From the IMG/VR virus record IMGVR_UViG_3300014159_000001, positions 6,199 through 70,198 of that record: DNA of 64,000 nt; one strand, given 5' to 3'. Shown piece by piece: positions 1-8,553 of the stretch. Under the pieces are notes generated by a model. That model was not told the DNA's origin. It saw only the letters and a program-made list of their open reading frames with translations, and made no database searches. The DNA is from a virus. Taxonomy: Duplodnaviria; Caudoviricetes. How positions within the stretch are numbered: the stretch's first letter is position 1; each line of letters opens with the position of its first letter. A program made the position numbers and the translations under genes.

Positions 1-120
1 GCGGAGCGGCTCAATCGGTTCACGGTCACGTTCGCCGTCCTCTACGCGAAGGCGCGCCGGGGGGCGGTCGAGTTCTTCGACTCTTTCGCAGGATCACCCG
101 CACTTCTAACCGAGGATTAA
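1..120 (+). CDS. C-terminal fragment of a tail-completion/neck-type protein (runs off window start)
   Basis: Open frame AERLNRFTVTFAVLYAKARRGAVEFFDSFAGSPALLTED* ends at TAA 118-120, directly upstream of the sheath gene. Confidence 0.5.
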   Translation, partial: AERLNRFTVTFAVLYAKARRGAVEFFDSFAGSPALLTED

Positions 121-123
121 ACA

Positions 124-1473
124 ATGCTCTCCGTCTCAGACTTCGTCAGCTTCTCAGTTGAACAGCCGGGGCAGGCGCTCGCGGAATACAACGTCAACGC
201 GCTCGCGCTCCTCACCAAGGACGCCCCGATTCAGAACTACGGCGTCGGGGCGGTCGCGACGGCGTCGATCGCCGGCGGCGCGGTCTCCGGCTTCACCGTC
301 AACCCGGGCGGCGCGGGCTACCTGACGCCGCCGCCGGTCTTCATCGTCGGGGGCGGAGGGACGGGCGCGGTCGGCGTCGCGACCGTCAACAACGGCGTAG
401 TCACCGGGATCAACCTCGTCTTCGGCGGGACGGGCTACACGAGCCCGCCGACCGTCGTCTTCGGCAACGGCTTCCGCCTCTACGTCGACCCGATTCAGGT
501 CGGGCTCGACTTCGGGACGAACTCCGAGACGTTCGCCCTCGCGACCGAGATCTTCGGCCAGAGCCCGAACATCCTCTCGGGCGGGGGCTACCTCATCATC
601 TACGCGATGGCGGCCGGCGACACGCTCTCGACGGCGATCACCGCCCTCGCGGGGACGCTCTACTGCGGCGGGTTCATCTTCGGCGGGTATCAACCGAATC
701 AGGCGGAGATCCTCGCGGCGGCCGCGTTGATTCAGGCGCTCTCGCCGCGGCGGCTCCTCTTCGCCCCGACGAGCTCGCTCTCCGACCTCTACCCGGCCGG
801 GACGTGCTACCAGATTCAGCAGCTCGAGCAGACCCAGACCCGCAACCTGATCCACACCGCGAGCGCGCAGCAGGCCCGGCTCTTCGCCGCCGCCTACGCC
901 TCGCGCTTGATGAGCGTCGACTTCGAGGGGACCGACACGACGATCACGATGAACCTCAAGAACCTCGAGGGCATCCCGATCGACACCGGAATCTCGGAGA
1001 CGATCGCGGCGCAATGCCAGACCGTCGGCGCGGACTACTACGCCGGCGTCGGCTCGACCCTCGCCGAGGCCGTCTCGACGGGCGGGAACGACTACTCGGA
1101 CAACGTCTTCAACCTGACGTGGCTCCTCGGGGCCCTTCAAGTCGAGGTCTTCAACGTCCTCGGGACCACGCCGACCAAGATCCCGCAGACCGAGGGGGGG
1201 ATGGACACGATCACGAGCGCGATCGTGACGATCCTCCAGCAGGCGGTCGCAAACGGCTTCCTCGCCCCCGGGCAGTGGAACGGCGCGACCTTCGGCGACC
1301 CGGCCTCCTTCGTCCGCAACATCGCGGACTTCGGCTTCTACGTCTACCACATCCCGGTGGCCCAGCAATCGCAGACCTTGCGGAGCGAGCGGATCGCCCC
1401 CACAATCCAGATCGCGGTCAAGTACGCCGGCGCGATCCAGAAGGTGATCGGGATCATCTTCCCGCAGGACTGA
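124..1473 (+). CDS. Contractile tail sheath protein (DUF3383-like) with an inserted GxGY-repeat domain
   Basis: 449 aa. C-terminal 'IPQTEGGMDTI...QQAVANGFLAPGQW...APTIQIAVKYAGAIQKV' resembles DUF3383 sheaths. First gene of a sheath-tube-chaperone-TMP order. Confidence 0.82.
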   Translation: MLSVSDFVSFSVEQPGQALAEYNVNALALLTKDAPIQNYGVGAVATASIAGGAVSGFTVNPGGAGYLTPPPVFIVGGGGTGAVGVATVNNGVVTGINLVFGGTGYTSPPTVVFGNGFRLYVDPIQVGLDFGTNSETFALATEIFGQSPNILSGGGYLIIYAMAAGDTLSTAITALAGTLYCGGFIFGGYQPNQAEILAAAALIQALSPRRLLFAPTSSLSDLYPAGTCYQIQQLEQTQTRNLIHTASAQQARLFAAAYASRLMSVDFEGTDTTITMNLKNLEGIPIDTGISETIAAQCQTVGADYYAGVGSTLAEAVSTGGNDYSDNVFNLTWLLGALQVEVFNVLGTTPTKIPQTEGGMDTITSAIVTILQQAVANGFLAPGQWNGATFGDPASFVRNIADFGFYVYHIPVAQQSQTLRSERIAPTIQIAVKYAGAIQKVIGIIFPQD

Positions 1474-1500
1474 ACCTCTTAACAAAGGAGCCCGACTCAA

Positions 1501-1956
1501 ATGGACATCTCCCTCAACGGCAACGACACGATCTCGCTCAACGGCTACCTCCTGACGAAGTTCGTCGACAAGGACTATGGCATCCTGACCTTCCCGAACG
1601 AGCTCGCGACCTACAAGATCGGCAAGCTCGGCAACACGGCGATCATCGCGATGGCGGCGATGGGCCTGCTCGGCGAGCTGACCCTCCGCATCCTCCTCTC
1701 GTCGCCCGACGACGCGTTCATCAACTCGATCCAGCGCGCGTTCGTCTCCGACCCTCCGAGCTTCGAGCTCGTCACGGGGCAGATCGTCAAGCGGTCCGGC
1801 GACGGGGCCGGCAACGTCTCGAACGTGATCTATTACCTCGAGGGCGGGACGCCGACGAACATCCCGGAAGCCCACTCCAACGCCGACGGCGACGAGGAGC
1901 AGGGCGTCACGATCTGGAAGTTCAAGTTCGCGAAGGGGTCCCGTCAGCTCCTCTGA
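1501..1956 (+). CDS. Tail tube protein
   Basis: 151 aa beta-rich protein directly after the sheath, with an AAGGAG RBS upstream. Confidence 0.72.
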   Translation: MDISLNGNDTISLNGYLLTKFVDKDYGILTFPNELATYKIGKLGNTAIIAMAAMGLLGELTLRILLSSPDDAFINSIQRAFVSDPPSFELVTGQIVKRSGDGAGNVSNVIYYLEGGTPTNIPEAHSNADGDEEQGVTIWKFKFAKGSRQLL

Positions 1957-1967
1957 GGGCCTGACCC

Positions 1968-2420
1968 GTGAAAGAGATCAAGCTAAAGAGCGGGGCGACC
2001 CTCGGCCTCCAGCTCGCCGCGTTCGAGGACGGGATGGCCCTCCTCGACGCGATCCTCCGCGAGATGATCGGGGTCAAGATGGAGCTCGAGGGCGAGACGC
2101 TCGACCTCCGGGAGCTCGCCGGCAAGAACCTCTGGCAGCTCAAGGACGCGCTCTTCAAGGTGATCGCCTCGAAGGACGTCAAGGCCGCCCTCTGGACCTG
2201 CCTCTCGTCGTGCACCTACGCGCTCCCCGGCAAACCCGGGGAGCGGATCGACCGGACGACCTTCGAGTCCGAGAAAACCCGCGGCGACTTCTTCCCGGTC
2301 GCGGGGGAGGTGACCGCCTTCAACCTCGCCCCTTTTTTCGGGAGCCTCTCATTTCCGTCGTCTCTCCAAAGAGACCAGCCGCCACAACCCGAAAAGCCCC
2401 CCGGACCCGGAACCGGCTGA
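1968..2420 (+). CDS. Tail assembly chaperone (lambda gpG analogue)
   Basis: Lies between tube and TMP and contains a slippery site near its 3' end. Confidence 0.7.
   Translation: MKEIKLKSGATLGLQLAAFEDGMALLDAILREMIGVKMELEGETLDLRELAGKNLWQLKDALFKVIASKDVKAALWTCLSSCTYALPGKPGERIDRTTFESEKTRGDFFPVAGEVTAFNLAPFFGSLSFPSSLQRDQPPQPEKPPGPGTG
2330..2339 (+). other. Programmed -1 frameshift slippery site (C CCT TTT TTC)
   Basis: X XXY YYZ heptamers CCCTTTT and TTTTTTC are correctly phased in the chaperone frame. The -1 frame is open to TGA 2588-2590. Confidence 0.7.
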
Positions 2421-2590
2421 ACCGGGCCGTCTACATGGCCCTCGTCCTCTCAGAGCGCGGCGTCGGGTCACTCGAGGCGATCCTCCGGACGCGCTCCGAT
2501 CTGGTAATGGACGCGTGGGAGTTCGCGCTCTTCCGGATCGAGTACGCCGAGACCGAGGCGGCGCTCAACCGCAAGGAGGCGTCCTCGTGA
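2333..2590 (+). CDS. Frameshift extension of the tail chaperone (gpGT analogue)
   Basis: The -1 frame reads FREPLISVV...VYMALVLSERGVGSLEAILRTRSDLVMDAWEFALFRIEYAETEAALNRKEASS*. Confidence 0.62.
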   Translation, partial: FFREPLISVVSPKRPAATTRKAPRTRNRLNRAVYMALVLSERGVGSLEAILRTRSDLVMDAWEFALFRIEYAETEAALNRKEASS

Positions 2591-3438
2591 ACGTCGGCTA
2601 CATCTACCGGACGACCTGCTTCCCATCCGGCCGGGTCTATATCGGAAAGAAGAGCAAGCCGGGATTCGATCCGGCCTATCTCGGGAGCGGCGTCGTTATC
2701 AGGGCGGCCGTCCGAAAGCACGGACGGCTCGCGTTCACGGTCGACGTCCTCGAGTTCGCGGACTCCCTCGTCGAACTCAACAAGGCGGAGCGGAGGCAGA
2801 TTATCGAGCACCGCACTCTCCTTGGTCGAGGGAACGTCTACAATCTCTCAAGCGGGGGCGACGGGTTCGGCGTCGGCCGAGACAACCCTTGCTTCGGCGT
2901 ACATCTCGTCGGAGCCAAAAACGGGCACTTCGGGAAGCATTTCTCGGCCGAGACCAAGAAGGTTTTGAGCGCGCGACAGATCGAGGCGAACGCCCGACGC
3001 GAGGCCCTAGGACTTCCACATCACAAGGTCGGAACCGTTTGGACGCCGGAGATGAAGGCGAAGTTGAGCGCGTCGAAGAAGGGACAAGGCGCGAGGCTCG
3101 GCGCCGTTCTAAGCGAAGAGACGAAGCGTAAAATCGGTGACGCGCATCGACGGAATCACGCGAATGGCTACCGCTGCGCCTTTACGGCTGAGACTCGCCG
3201 CAAAATAAGCGAGGGGCGCAAGAAGTACTGCGCTGCCAATCCGGGCAAGGTGGGAGCCAAACTCGGCTCGAAGCTCTCCGAAGAGGCGAAGCGCAAGATT
3301 GGAGATCAAGCGCGGCGTAGACACGCTGCTGGAGAATACGCTTTTCTTCAAAGTCCCGAGGTAATCGCCAAGCGGATACAGGGGCTCCGACGGCAAGTGC
3401 GAGTAAAAACAAAGGAGAACGCAAATGCAAGTTGGTGA
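2587..3438 (+). CDS. GIY-YIG homing endonuclease with NUMOD3-like repeats
   Basis: GTG start overlaps the previous stop. N-terminal 'GYIYRTT...RVYIGK...YLGSG', 'YNLSSGG', and repeated 'SEETKRKIG/TAETRRKIS' motifs. Codon usage is AT-richer than the flanks. Confidence 0.85.
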   Translation: MNVGYIYRTTCFPSGRVYIGKKSKPGFDPAYLGSGVVIRAAVRKHGRLAFTVDVLEFADSLVELNKAERRQIIEHRTLLGRGNVYNLSSGGDGFGVGRDNPCFGVHLVGAKNGHFGKHFSAETKKVLSARQIEANARREALGLPHHKVGTVWTPEMKAKLSASKKGQGARLGAVLSEETKRKIGDAHRRNHANGYRCAFTAETRRKISEGRKKYCAANPGKVGAKLGSKLSEEAKRKIGDQARRRHAAGEYAFLQSPEVIAKRIQGLRRQVRVKTKENANASW

Positions 3439-4837
3439 GCTTTTTGTACGGCTCGGATTTAAAATCACCGACCAAGAGTCCTTCAACAAGGCCACGGCTT
3501 CTCTTGGTTTCGGCGAGGCGAAAGCACTTAACCTAAAACACGCGCTCGTCGGGCTCGGCGCGGGGCTCACCGCGCTGATGTACTTCGCCGCGAACGCCGC
3601 GACGGGCCTCTACAAGTTTCACCTCTCGACGGGCCTCTCGACGAGGAGCTTGCAGGATTGGCAGTACGCGGGCGCGCGGGCGAACGTCTCGGCGGGCGAG
3701 GTGACGAACGCGATCGAGGCGATTCAGGACGCGCAGGCGCAGTTGTTCCTCGGGCAGGGCAACGCGGCCCCGTGGGCGCTCCTCGGGATCGACCCGCGCT
3801 CGAACCCGTTCGACGTCCTCTGGAAAATCCACGAGCGGATCAAGGAGTCGTCCGGGATGGCCCCCGGGATCGCGCGCTCGATCACGTCGATGCTCGGGAT
3901 CTCCGGCGAGATGTTTCAGATGCTCCGGCGCGACAACCTCGAGATCGGCGAGCTCAACCGGAAACTGGCGACGACGGCGGACGAGCAGAAGCGGCTCGAC
4001 GAGCTCTCCGGGAAGTTCCGGCAGATCGGCTTCGAGCTCGAGCTCGTCGGGATCAAGCTCGCGACGCAGTTCGGCGAGCCGCTCCTCAAGATCCTCACGA
4101 AGCTGATGGCCCCCGGGGGCCCGGTCGACCGCTTCGCGAACTGGCTCGGGAAGCTCTCCGAGGGCGGCCCGGAGGGCGACGCGATGAGGCACCGGCTCAA
4201 GCTCTACGCGGAGGGAATCCTCGGGCTCGCCGCGGCGTTCACCGTCCTCGGCGCGGCCCTCAAGGTCGTGTCAACCTACTCGGCCGTGATGACGATGCTC
4301 GGGGTCGGGAAGCTCGTCGCCGCGGCCGGGAAGGGAGCCGCCGCGGCCGGAGGCGCGGCCGCGGCCGGTACGCCGGCGGCCGGGGTCGGAGGCGGCGGAA
4401 TCCCGTTGATGATCGGGCTCGGCATCCTCCTCCGCTCGTTGCTCCTCCCCTTGGTCTTCTCGAAGCCCGCGCAGGTCGCGGCGTTCAAGGCCGCCGAGCA
4501 CGCGTCGCCCGCGACGCTCGTCAAGATGGCCCTCTTCGAGGGGAAGATGGAGGAGTTCTTCCGGAGCGTCTTCAAGGACTTCGGAGGAGCGGGGCGGAAC
4601 TTCTGGCTCCCCGGCTGGGCTCAGCGCAACCCGAACGACCTAACCTTCGCGCCGCACGACGTCCGGCGCGCGGCCCGAGACCGGCCGAACGTCAACGTCA
4701 CGGTGCACCAGACGATCAACGGCGCGGGCGACGCGGCCGCCGTCGGGCTCGAGTCGGCGAAGGCGATCAAGCGCGTCCTCCAGAACGACCAGACGGCGTT
4801 CATGGATCAGGGCGCAGTTGGCTCCGCCTCTTACTAA
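3425..4837 (+). CDS. Tape measure protein (short, 470 aa)
   Basis: Position after the chaperone. N-terminus 'VGELFVRLGF'. Ala/Gly-rich and helical with hydrophobic stretches. Confidence 0.7.
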   Translation: MQVGELFVRLGFKITDQESFNKATASLGFGEAKALNLKHALVGLGAGLTALMYFAANAATGLYKFHLSTGLSTRSLQDWQYAGARANVSAGEVTNAIEAIQDAQAQLFLGQGNAAPWALLGIDPRSNPFDVLWKIHERIKESSGMAPGIARSITSMLGISGEMFQMLRRDNLEIGELNRKLATTADEQKRLDELSGKFRQIGFELELVGIKLATQFGEPLLKILTKLMAPGGPVDRFANWLGKLSEGGPEGDAMRHRLKLYAEGILGLAAAFTVLGAALKVVSTYSAVMTMLGVGKLVAAAGKGAAAAGGAAAAGTPAAGVGGGGIPLMIGLGILLRSLLLPLVFSKPAQVAAFKAAEHASPATLVKMALFEGKMEEFFRSVFKDFGGAGRNFWLPGWAQRNPNDLTFAPHDVRRAARDRPNVNVTVHQTINGAGDAAAVGLESAKAIKRVLQNDQTAFMDQGAVGSASY

Positions 4838-4838
4838 C

Positions 4839-5858
4839 ATGGCCTCGAACATCATCCCGTCCGACTCCCCGAGCGTCTTCGCGGCCCTCTCCTCGAGCCA
4901 ACAGAACGCGATCGCCTACCCGACGCCGCTCCCGGGCGGGATCGCCGGCTTGATCTTCGACTGGGTCGGCGAGGAGCGCCTCGAGCTCCGCGCGGACATC
5001 ACCGACTCGTGGGTCGAGGACAACACGGCGATTCAGGACCAGATCGCGCTCTCGCCGGAGAAGTTCGTCGTCGACGCCTCGACGGCCGAGATCGTCTTCA
5101 CGCCGGGCCCGGCCCCGGCCGCGCCGTCGCAGCCGGCAAACCCGTTCTCGCTCCTCGGCCAGCTCCTCCCGTCCCTCACGCCCGGCGCGGCCGCGTCCCT
5201 CGCCTTCCGGGCAATCAACGGCGCGATCCCGGGCGTCTTCCCGGCCTCGCAGGCCGGCCTGACCTCCGTCCTCGCCTCCTCGGCCGCGGCCGCGGTCGGC
5301 AAGGCGGCCGCCGGCCTCCCGAACCTCGCGAGGCTCCCCCCGACCCTCCAGATGCTCCTCGAGCCCGTCATGGGCTTCGGCGCGTCGCAGAGCGCCGCCG
5401 TCGCGCTCGGGTCGGCGGCGGACTCGGCGGACACGGCGGCCCCGGTCCAGCCGTCGGGCTTGTGGGGCTACTACCAGAGCGTCGGCGCGATCATCCCAGA
5501 GAACTCGCAGGCGACCGTGATGGGGTTCATCTACCAGCTCTGGAAGGGCCGGGTCCTCTTCACCGTCGAGACCCCGTGGGGGATCTTCGACTCGATGGCG
5601 ATCGAGCTCGCGGACGGGACGCAGCCGCAGGACACGATTTGGAGGACCGACCACCGGATCACGTTCAAGAAGGTCCGGGTCGTCGGGGAGCTCAACGTCA
5701 CGCCGAGCACGCTCCTCGGCCGGGCTTGGAATCAGGCGAGCGAGGCGAACCCGGACCAGCCGGGAAACATCGGGCAGAACGTCCTCTCCGACCAGCAGGT
5801 CCAATCAATCATGGGCAACTGGACGCCGAGCGTCTCGGGCTACGGTCCCGGACCCTAA
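4839..5858 (+). CDS. Tail/baseplate initiation (Dit-like) protein
   Basis: ATG after the TMP stop. 'ADITDSWVEDNTAIQDQIALSPEKF' and 'LFTVETPWGIFDSMAIE' resemble post-TMP hub proteins, with a low-complexity Ala-rich middle. Confidence 0.55.
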   Translation: MASNIIPSDSPSVFAALSSSQQNAIAYPTPLPGGIAGLIFDWVGEERLELRADITDSWVEDNTAIQDQIALSPEKFVVDASTAEIVFTPGPAPAAPSQPANPFSLLGQLLPSLTPGAAASLAFRAINGAIPGVFPASQAGLTSVLASSAAAAVGKAAAGLPNLARLPPTLQMLLEPVMGFGASQSAAVALGSAADSADTAAPVQPSGLWGYYQSVGAIIPENSQATVMGFIYQLWKGRVLFTVETPWGIFDSMAIELADGTQPQDTIWRTDHRITFKKVRVVGELNVTPSTLLGRAWNQASEANPDQPGNIGQNVLSDQQVQSIMGNWTPSVSGYGPGP

Positions 5859-5866
5859 ACCCCTCG

Positions 5867-6232
5867 ATGCAAGCGATCACCGGAATCACGGACGCGCCCG
5901 TCCAAGTCTTCAACGTCAACCCCGGCGACGGGACGACCGCGACGGTCACGCTCGCGTTCCGGCCGCAGCAGCTCGGCTGGTTCATCGACGTCCTCTGGAA
6001 CGGGAAGACGCCGGCGCTCGAGATCAACGGCCGGCGCGTGACCGCGTACCCGAACCTGCTCCGGCAGTTCAAGAACGTCCTCTCGTTCGGGATCGGTTGC
6101 GTCACGCAAGACAACTACGAGCCGCTCGGGCAGGGCGACTTCGCGAGCGGCTACGCGACCCTGCTCCTCCTCTCGCAGGCGGACATCGCCTCGATCGAGG
6201 CCGCCGTCTTCCCCGGGAACCTCGCTCCATGA
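5867..6232 (+). CDS. Small baseplate protein
   Basis: 121 aa starting MQAITGITDAPVQ. The real start lies inside track ORF 5009..6232. Confidence 0.55.
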   Translation: MQAITGITDAPVQVFNVNPGDGTTATVTLAFRPQQLGWFIDVLWNGKTPALEINGRRVTAYPNLLRQFKNVLSFGIGCVTQDNYEPLGQGDFASGYATLLLLSQADIASIEAAVFPGNLAP

Positions 6233-7173
6233 AGTTCGGCCGCGACTACGTTCTGACCGTCGGCGTCGGGCCCTTCGGCCCCCCGGTCCAGACGGGCGGC
6301 GCGACGGGCGGCGTCTCTTATGCGACGAATCAGGTCGAGATCAAGCCGCCGCTGACGCTCGAGTTCGACATCCGCCGGGAGTTTATGGCGAGCGCCCAGA
6401 CCGCGACCCTCCGGATCAAGAACCTCAAGGAGAAGACGCGGGACATCATCTATAAGGACCGCTTCTCGACCACCCTCTACGCGCCGATCAAGCTGCAAGC
6501 CGGCTACGAGGGGAGCCCGCTCTCGACGATCTTCGAGGGCTCGATCTGGTTCGCCTCGAGCTACCGCTACGACCGCCGCAACATCGTCACGGAGATCGAG
6601 AGCTTCGACGGCGGCTTCGCCTACGGGAACTCGTTCACGAGCATTTGCCTTCCTCCATCGCACTCGTTCCGGGACGCGCTTACGCGGCTCAACGGCGACC
6701 TCGTCGGCGTCTACGCGACCCCGATCATCGGGACGGTCCCGGCGACGCTCGGCCCCCGGTCGACCGTCCTCGTCGGGCCGACGTTCAACCTGTTGACGAA
6801 GCTCCTCCCGGCCTCCGTCGCCGCGACGATTGACAACAACCAGCTGAAGGTCCTCGCCGACACGGACGTCATACAGTTCGGCCCGGACGTCTTCGAGATC
6901 TCGGTCGACTCCGGGCTCCTCGACCCGCCGGTCCGCGAGGGCGCGATGCTCAACTGCCGCATGCTCTTCGAGCCGAGGATCCAGCTCGGGCAGGTCGTCC
7001 GGCTCCGGAGCGTCGTCAACTCGATCTTCAACGGGAACTTCCAGGTCCGCGGCGTCTCGCATTACGGGATCATCTCGGACTCGGAGGGGGGCCCGGCGTA
7101 CACGACCCTCAACCTCTACCTTGGCCCCGGCTTCCTCAAGACGCTCTCGGGGGCGATCTCGTCGCCGACATGA
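6229..7173 (+). CDS. Baseplate hub protein (gp27/gpD-like)
   Basis: ATGA overlap. Motifs 'LEFDIRREF...ATLRIKNL', 'LQAGYEG...IFEG' and 'LFEPRIQLGQVVRLRS'. Confidence 0.7.
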   Translation: MKFGRDYVLTVGVGPFGPPVQTGGATGGVSYATNQVEIKPPLTLEFDIRREFMASAQTATLRIKNLKEKTRDIIYKDRFSTTLYAPIKLQAGYEGSPLSTIFEGSIWFASSYRYDRRNIVTEIESFDGGFAYGNSFTSICLPPSHSFRDALTRLNGDLVGVYATPIIGTVPATLGPRSTVLVGPTFNLLTKLLPASVAATIDNNQLKVLADTDVIQFGPDVFEISVDSGLLDPPVREGAMLNCRMLFEPRIQLGQVVRLRSVVNSIFNGNFQVRGVSHYGIISDSEGGPAYTTLNLYLGPGFLKTLSGAISSPT

Positions 7174-7793
7174 CGCCGACCCCTCCCTCGCTCCCGTCGC
7201 GGACCGCGACGCTCCCGAAGACCCGGCCGGACCTCCGGCAAGCGATGACCCTCTTCGCCCGCGAGGTCCTCGCGGCGCTCGCGTCGGCGCAGTCGGGGAC
7301 GGTGCAGGCGTTCTACAAGGGGCCGCCGCAGACGGTCGACGTCGCCTTCAACTCGTCCATCGTCGTCGGCTACGAGACGAGCGCCTCGGGCCAGGTCACG
7401 CCGGTGACGCGGAACTACCCGCTCCTCCCGGGCGTCCCGTGCATCTTCCTCGGAGGGGGAGGGGGCGCGCTCACGTTCCCGGTCGGGCCCGGGGACACGG
7501 CGCTCCTCGTCTTCCTCGACCGGGATCACGACGTCTGGCTGACGACGGGCCAGACCGGGCTGCCGCCGAACTCGTCGCGGCTTCACTCGCTCTCGGACGC
7601 GGTCGCGATCGTCGGCCTCCGCAACGCGGTGAACGCCCTCAAGAACTTCTCGACCGCCGGCGTCGAGCTCAACCACCCGAGCGTCACGGTGAACGGCAAC
7701 TTCCACGTGAGCACCGGGTCCACCGGGATGTTCTTGAGCGCCGACGGGCAGATCGTTACGGTCGCCGACGGCGTAATCATCGCCATACAATAA
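7170..7793 (+). CDS. Baseplate central spike (gpV/Gp138-like)
   Basis: 'LLPGVPCIFLGGGGGALTFPVGPGDTALLVFLDRD' and 'RLHSLSDAVAIVG'. Confidence 0.78.
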   Translation: MTPTPPSLPSRTATLPKTRPDLRQAMTLFAREVLAALASAQSGTVQAFYKGPPQTVDVAFNSSIVVGYETSASGQVTPVTRNYPLLPGVPCIFLGGGGGALTFPVGPGDTALLVFLDRDHDVWLTTGQTGLPPNSSRLHSLSDAVAIVGLRNAVNALKNFSTAGVELNHPSVTVNGNFHVSTGSTGMFLSADGQIVTVADGVIIAIQ

Positions 7794-8170
7794 TGAGCGC
7801 GATCAATACGGCTTGGATCGACAACCTCGCGGCGCAGATCAACGCGGTCCCGGATTGCGAGGCGCTCGAGGAGGTCGTCAACGACGTGATGGCGGACGTG
7901 ACCGCGCAGCTCGAGGCGAACGCGAAGCAAATCGCGGCGCTCACCGCGTTGACCGTCGCGCCGACGGACCTCCCGAGCGTAATCACGTGGATCAAGAACC
8001 AAATCGCCCTCTATGAGATCCAGTACGCGAACGCCCTCCTCGTGCAGGCGCAGCTGACCGCCGCCCTCGCGCAGCTCGTCGCGGCTATCAACGCCAAGAT
8101 CGCCGCCCTTAACTGCTCCTTCACGCCGCCGACGATCCCCGTCGTCCCGATCCCGCCCTTCCCGCCGTGA
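7793..8170 (+). CDS. Hypothetical helical tail-module protein
   Basis: TAATG overlap, 125 aa starting MSAINTAW, with phage-typical codon usage. Confidence 0.6.
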   Translation: MSAINTAWIDNLAAQINAVPDCEALEEVVNDVMADVTAQLEANAKQIAALTALTVAPTDLPSVITWIKNQIALYEIQYANALLVQAQLTAALAQLVAAINAKIAALNCSFTPPTIPVVPIPPFPP

Positions 8171-8541
8171 ACCCGCCGATGATCTTTCGCGGCCTCGACC
8201 CGACGACCGAGGACTGGACCTTCGGGCAGGGGATCTCTTCCTATGTCGGCGGCTCGGCGGCCGTCGCCCTCAACGTCAAGACGGCGCTCCAGACCTTCCT
8301 CGGCGACGCCTTCTGGGCCGCAACCTTCGGCGTCGACTGGATCAACCTCCTCGGCAACCGGAACACGCTCAACGCGATCCTCGCGCAGACCCGGGCCGTT
8401 ATCGCCGGCGCGGAGGGCGTCACCGCGATCCTCTCCGTCTCGTCGAACCTCGACCGCGCGACGCGGACCCTGACCCTTCAGTACAGCTACGCGGACGTCT
8501 ACTCGCCGAACGTCTCCGGCTCCGCCAACGTGACCATCTAA
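8167..8541 (+). CDS. Baseplate wedge subunit (gp25/gpW-like)
   Basis: 'DWTFGQG..SY...AVALNVKTALQTFLGDAFW...GVDW'. Confidence 0.7.
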   Translation: MNPPMIFRGLDPTTEDWTFGQGISSYVGGSAAVALNVKTALQTFLGDAFWAATFGVDWINLLGNRNTLNAILAQTRAVIAGAEGVTAILSVSSNLDRATRTLTLQYSYADVYSPNVSGSANVTI

Positions 8542-8553
8542 CCTCCCCCTCCC

